The notes below the pieces were generated by a model. It was not told where the DNA came from. It saw nothing but the letters and a program-made list of their open reading frames with translations, and made no database searches. From Acidobacteriota bacterium (GTDB taxonomy: Bacteria; Acidobacteriota; UBA6911; RPQK01; JAJDTT01): DNA of 64,000 nt. The translations under genes were made by a program, and so were the position numbers. The stretch is taken from positions 2,048,001-2,112,000 of the forward strand of contig OZ253580.1 in the NCBI GenBank assembly GCA_965263035.1, in the 5' to 3' direction. Below, piece by piece: positions 60,055 through 64,000 of this stretch; position 1 is the first letter of the stretch; each line of letters begins with the position of its first letter.

Positions 60055-60997
60055 GGCCCATCCCCGCCTGTGCGGGGGAAACAAGTTCGGAATACTCTGC
60101 AACAACCTGCACACCGGTCCATCCCCAACTGTGCGGGGGAAACCCCGTCGTTGACTTGCTACTTCAGGACGCGTCAGGTCCATCCCCAACTGTGCGGGGG
60201 AAACAGTCATGCGTTCCCCCATGATCTCGGCAGCGTGGGTCCATCCCCGCCTGTGCGGGGGAAACTCTCATGTGTCTTCCTCCATGCGCTCAAGCCGCGG
60301 TCCATCCCCGCCTGTGCGGGGGAAACGCGAGACGGCTATCGATGACTTCACCGACGTGGGGTCCATCCCCGCCTGTGCGGGGGAAACTCTTCCTGGGAGT
60401 GCCGGAGGACGAAGACGACAGGTCCATCCCCGCCTGTGCGGGGGAAACTCACCGTAACGGCTGTAGGGAGTGAACGTGTCGGGTCCATCCCCGCCTGTGC
60501 GGGGGAAACTCACCGTAACGGCTGTAGGGAGTGAACGTGTCGGGTCCATCCCCGCCTGTGCGGGGGAAACGCCATCCCGAGAGAAGACTTCGACCGGATA
60601 GAGGGTCCATCCCCGCCTGTGCGGGGGAAACTCAAGCCGCTTGTTGATCGAATCGAGGATGAACGGTCCATCCCCGCCTGTGCGGGGGAAACGGATACTG
60701 CCCGTAGAGATTGGGAATCTATAACGGTCCATCCCCGCCTGTGCGGGGGAAACGTCCCGCCGCTTGCTCGGCCTCATCCCTGAAGGGGTCCATCCCCGCC
60801 TGTGCGGGGGAAACAGTTCGAATTTCACTTAGTTCCCATGTTGGAAAGGTCCATCCCCGCCTGTGCGGGGGAAACACCGAACGAGTGGGACGCTTGGACT
60901 TCGCTGACGGTCCATCCCCGCCTGTGCGGGGGAAACTATCTCGTTCCGGACAACGGTTCGGTTGTTCAGGGTCCATCCCCGCCTGTGCGGGGGAAAC
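60055..60997 (-). CRISPR. Type I-E CRISPR array, 16 repeats / 15 spacers
   Basis: 28-bp repeat GTTTCCCCCGCACAGGCGGGGATGGACC (minus strand), 33-bp spacers, 61-bp period; variant repeats at the low-coordinate (trailer) end. Confidence 0.98.
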
Positions 60998-61062
60998 CCT
61001 TAGAGTCGAACTCCAAGGGTTCTTTCACTTGTGGGGCGTTCCAGCTGCGCCGTCCGTGTGGG

Positions 61063-61365
61063 TCAGCTGCGCGATTCTCGTCTTACAACATACAAGCCGT
61101 CGTATTCGACCAGGTCCTTTGGGGGTTCTCCCAGCGTCAGCACTCCCTGCCGCTCGGCGGTCTGCGGAGCGGCCCAGGTCATCACAACCGAGCCTTGGCC
61201 GTAGTATGACCACCATTCATCCAGCACTCTCCAGACGCGCTTGCGAACGGCCATCGTCATGTCAGGCTGCGTATAAACGCCCGGCGCAAGCTCCAGCATG
61301 CACGAGGCGAGAAATCCCCGAAACCGGGTCGGTACATCACAAGTCACAATCACGCACATTGGCAT
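61063..61365 (-). CDS. cas2: Type I-E Cas2
   Basis: MCVIVTCDVPTRFRGFLASCMLELAPGVY; LGEPPKDLVEYDGL. Confidence 0.95.
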   Translation of the reverse strand: MPMCVIVTCDVPTRFRGFLASCMLELAPGVYTQPDMTMAVRKRVWRVLDEWWSYYGQGSVVMTWAAPQTAERQGVLTLGEPPKDLVEYDGLYVVRRESRS

Positions 61366-62221
61366 TGAGCAGTTCCTTGATCCGATCGATCATCCGTGAG
61401 ATCAGCTTGCGCCGCCGAAATTCTCTCCCGGCGATACGGCGGACATGCCGTTCCAGTGGCACTGACGCATCGCGTTCATAGGCGCGCACGGCCCTGAACG
61501 CGACCGGCAGGGTCACGTCGCCCCGGTAGAGATCGGCAATATCGAGCACGAAGGCAATGCTTGCATCCTCGTGAATAAAGCCCAGCTGTGGCAGCGCACC
61601 GACACCGGTTACGGCTACCGTGGCCGCGGCTTCGATGGCCGTAGCGGCATGATTGATGGCTTGGTTCGGCAAATCGGCCGCCAGGGGATCAGCGCGGTCG
61701 TAGCGCCTACCTTTCCACTCTATTCCATACTGTTGGGCGATCGTTTTATAGAGCACCCGCATGCGCACACCCTCAATACCACGCAAGGCATTCAGTTCAC
61801 GGTGGGGCAGAACTTCGCCCAGTCGCCAAGCGTACAAAAGGCGGGCAATAGTGATTCGTGTTTCCGGATCTGCCCAGATGCGGACCTGGCGTCTGGCGAC
61901 AGCGGAGTCGCCTGGTCCGAGCGGAGGTGCGGTGTAGGCGCGAACGCCGTCCTCGCCGACCGCTATCAAGCAGGTGCTATGCCGGGCACAGAGCCGAAGA
62001 GCGTCGTGGCTTACCGTGCTGCCTGGCCCCAGCAGCAGAATGGATACCATCTGAAATGGAATGGCGTAGTCACCCGGCTCCAACTCACCACCGCCGGCGG
62101 TTTGGAACCGAAGCGTGCCACCTTCAACTGTCAAGTGCCCGCGCGAGAGCCAGATTAGGCCATGGCGGTCGGCATGCGGTACGCGTGCAGTATCGAGTCC
62201 TAAACGGCCTGGTAGTACCAT
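61337..62221 (-). CDS. cas1: Type I-E Cas1
   Basis: LLLGPGSTVSHDA, VGEDGVR, LRGIEG, LGFIH, FVLDIADLY. Confidence 0.97.
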   Translation of the reverse strand: MVLPGRLGLDTARVPHADRHGLIWLSRGHLTVEGGTLRFQTAGGGELEPGDYAIPFQMVSILLLGPGSTVSHDALRLCARHSTCLIAVGEDGVRAYTAPPLGPGDSAVARRQVRIWADPETRITIARLLYAWRLGEVLPHRELNALRGIEGVRMRVLYKTIAQQYGIEWKGRRYDRADPLAADLPNQAINHAATAIEAAATVAVTGVGALPQLGFIHEDASIAFVLDIADLYRGDVTLPVAFRAVRAYERDASVPLERHVRRIAGREFRRRKLISRMIDRIKELLNANVRDCDL

Positions 62222-62244
62222 GCCAGCATCGTCTCACTTGCGTC

Positions 62245-63111
62245 TCAAGCCGGCCTGAGCAGCAACATGCCGAAGCCGAAACCACAATGTCGGCCGATGC
62301 CACCAGCAAGGAGGTCCAAAAAGGCCCCTGGCTCGGCGATCTCCAGCAGGCCGGTGAAATGGACATCCGGTCGAGTCAACCACTGAGCGGAGCGGTTGCC
62401 ATTGAAGTTACGCGGACGACGCATTAACCGAACGGACCGGTACGACTCGACCCGTACCGAACCCTGTATCAGATTGACAACTTGCGCCCGGTCTCCCTTG
62501 GCTGCAAGCCACTGAGCGAGCCATTCAACATAAGTTTCTGCTCGCGTGGGGGGTCGTTCGCCCCTCTCCAGTGCTCGGATTGCGGCAAGCTGGTGGGCGT
62601 CTACCTCCTTGCCCTTGCTCAACGTCGTCGTCCGGCGCTTCGAGTTATACGGCGTCACGAGCGGATTCATCAGACGTCGCACCGGACAAGCGCGGAGGTC
62701 GAAACGTAAACGCAGATCTTTTGGCCAATGAGTCGGCATCGGCTTGGAACCTGCGCGTTCCCAATCGATCATCGTCGACAATCCCTTGTTGTCGAGTTGG
62801 GCCAGAGTTTCCAGCGTCTCCATCGGGGCCCGGGCGTAGCCAAGCAGATCCATTACGCCGGCGCGGTTCGCAGCTGCACGGCGGCCAGCACGTTGTCGCT
62901 CGCGCTGGCCCACAGGGGACCAGTAAAAGGGTCTCGGCGCTTGTCCACCGAAGAGACCGGCTAGCGCGGCATGCACGGCGTAACCGATCTCTGCGCTCCG
63001 GGGTCGACCACTGCCGTCACCGGGTGGAACCTGGAGATAGCGCCGACGAAGCGCCCAGCTCGTGAAAGCGCGGAGTTCCAATGGCAAACGGATGAGATGA
63101 AGATTCGTCAT
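62245..63111 (-). CDS. cas6e: Type I-E Cas6/Cse3
   Basis: GYAVH, LRFDLRACPVRR, C-terminal GIGRHCGFGFGMLLL glycine loop. Confidence 0.93.
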   Translation of the reverse strand: MTNLHLIRLPLELRAFTSWALRRRYLQVPPGDGSGRPRSAEIGYAVHAALAGLFGGQAPRPFYWSPVGQRERQRAGRRAAANRAGVMDLLGYARAPMETLETLAQLDNKGLSTMIDWERAGSKPMPTHWPKDLRLRFDLRACPVRRLMNPLVTPYNSKRRTTTLSKGKEVDAHQLAAIRALERGERPPTRAETYVEWLAQWLAAKGDRAQVVNLIQGSVRVESYRSVRLMRRPRNFNGNRSAQWLTRPDVHFTGLLEIAEPGAFLDLLAGGIGRHCGFGFGMLLLRPA

Positions 63112-63890
63112 TCCGCATCCTTCGCAACCGTGTCTTGCAAGGTCAACCTCCCCGCCATCACGACACGCTCGCCGCCGTGCAACTGATTCCTCCAGTCACG
63201 CTGATCAGTAACGCGATAGGTGGAGAGGCGTTCTTCGGGTGACAAGGTGCGTTCATCCGCTATCGGCCACTCAGCCGCCAACTCAGCCGCACTTTCATCA
63301 CCAAGAATTTCTCTCCAACGGTCAGGGAATCTGACAGGTACTTGGGTAAGAGCGCACTTCAGACTCTTTGTATACTCGACAATTCCGATGACCATACGCG
63401 TCGACGGCAAGCAGGACTTGCGGCCGATGAAAAGCGGACGGGCGGGTGCGTCGAGGGCTTCGGCGAGGTTGCTGAGCGTCGGGGTTTCGTCCGCCGGAGA
63501 CAGCGAAATCGCCGCCAGCACACTGGCGTCGGCACGGTAGCGACGAAAACGGATATGGGTGCCGTAGCGCGCGTCCGTGCTACCGGCACGATGTTCCGGA
63601 TGGCCGCGTGTGGTCCAGCTTGGCGAACGGAGGTGCGCTTGACCCAGGTCAACCGTCTGGTAGTCCTGTACCTCCTCGCCCTCGCAAACCAGTGCGCTGG
63701 CCAACGACAGACGATCTTGCAGCGCCTGAAGTCGGTCGAAGTCCCCGTGTCTGTAGCCGAGTGCGTTCGCGAGCAGGCCGGTGACTTGGCTGATGGTCGG
63801 GAATCGCCCTGTCGGCCCGATCTGATCCACTTGGGGGCCGCCGAAGCTCATTAACGGAGCCTGTAGATGAACGATGAGCGTCGCTTGCAT
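63108..63890 (-). CDS. cas5e: Type I-E Cas5/CasD
   Basis: LQAPLMSFG, FPT.S..GLLANALG, DYQTV, RRYRADA, PLFIGRKSCLPS. Confidence 0.95.
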   Translation of the reverse strand: MQATLIVHLQAPLMSFGGPQVDQIGPTGRFPTISQVTGLLANALGYRHGDFDRLQALQDRLSLASALVCEGEEVQDYQTVDLGQAHLRSPSWTTRGHPEHRAGSTDARYGTHIRFRRYRADASVLAAISLSPADETPTLSNLAEALDAPARPLFIGRKSCLPSTRMVIGIVEYTKSLKCALTQVPVRFPDRWREILGDESAAELAAEWPIADERTLSPEERLSTYRVTDQRDWRNQLHGGERVVMAGRLTLQDTVAKDAE

Positions 63891-64000
63891 CAGGCTGCGT
63901 CCGGAACCTCACCGACGTAAGAAGCGGCCCAGCAAGCGAGACCATCCAGCGTCACGCGATCGCCGGTGTGATCGGGTACGGGTTCAATCATCGTAGCCAG
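63890..64000 (-). CDS. cas7e: Probable Cas7/Cse4 C-terminal end (partial)
   Basis: Open frame LATMIEPVPDHTGDRVTLDGLACWAASYVGEVPDAA* with TGATG coupling to cas5; identity inferred from gene order only. Confidence 0.6.
   Translation of the reverse strand: MATMIEPVPDHTGDRVTLDGLACWAASYVGEVPDAA

Noticed and set aside
60083-60969. Spacers self-targeting this window
   Set aside because: None found by eye; an alignment is needed to exclude partial matches.
60001-61481. ORFs spanning the CRISPR array
   Set aside because: Translations of repeats and spacers.

Overview
GC-rich bacterial window. The gene content (Acidobacteria-type TonB receptor, CRTAC1/UnbV, GWxTD, Calx-beta surface proteins) suggests an Acidobacteriota, possibly host-associated, genome; this is an inference. 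There are two parts. (1) About 1-22.4 kb is a host-like glycan-scavenging region: two BNR/Asp-box proteins, a sulfatase, three paralogous beta-propeller hydrolase-like proteins, TonB receptor-CRTAC1-TPR, GWxTD, vapBC, VOC and an SSS symporter, plus a REP doublet and a small YTAR-targeting MITE family. (2) About 22.4-64 kb is a decayed mobile/defence island: a phage portal remnant, a UDG-superfamily gene, type I R-M (hsdRMS), an HTH-ImmA/DUF4411 pair, an OLD-family nuclease, an unknown two-gene module, a tyrosine recombinase, a matrixin pair, IS1380, AbiJ-like and RloC-like genes, IS remnants, an atypical tRNA-Leu(UAA), a LuxR/surface-protein module, and a type I-E CRISPR array (16 repeats) with cas2-cas1-cas6-cas5 and partial cas7. 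The most notable unexplained signals are: five dif-like TAA-N6/7-TTA sites linked to the tyrosine recombinase that partition the island into modules; a solitary type I-E repeat just upstream of the RloC-like toxin gene; a UDG-fold gene beside the R-M system; and an overlapping two-gene module with a HEPN-like motif. All family calls are by motif recognition, not database search.
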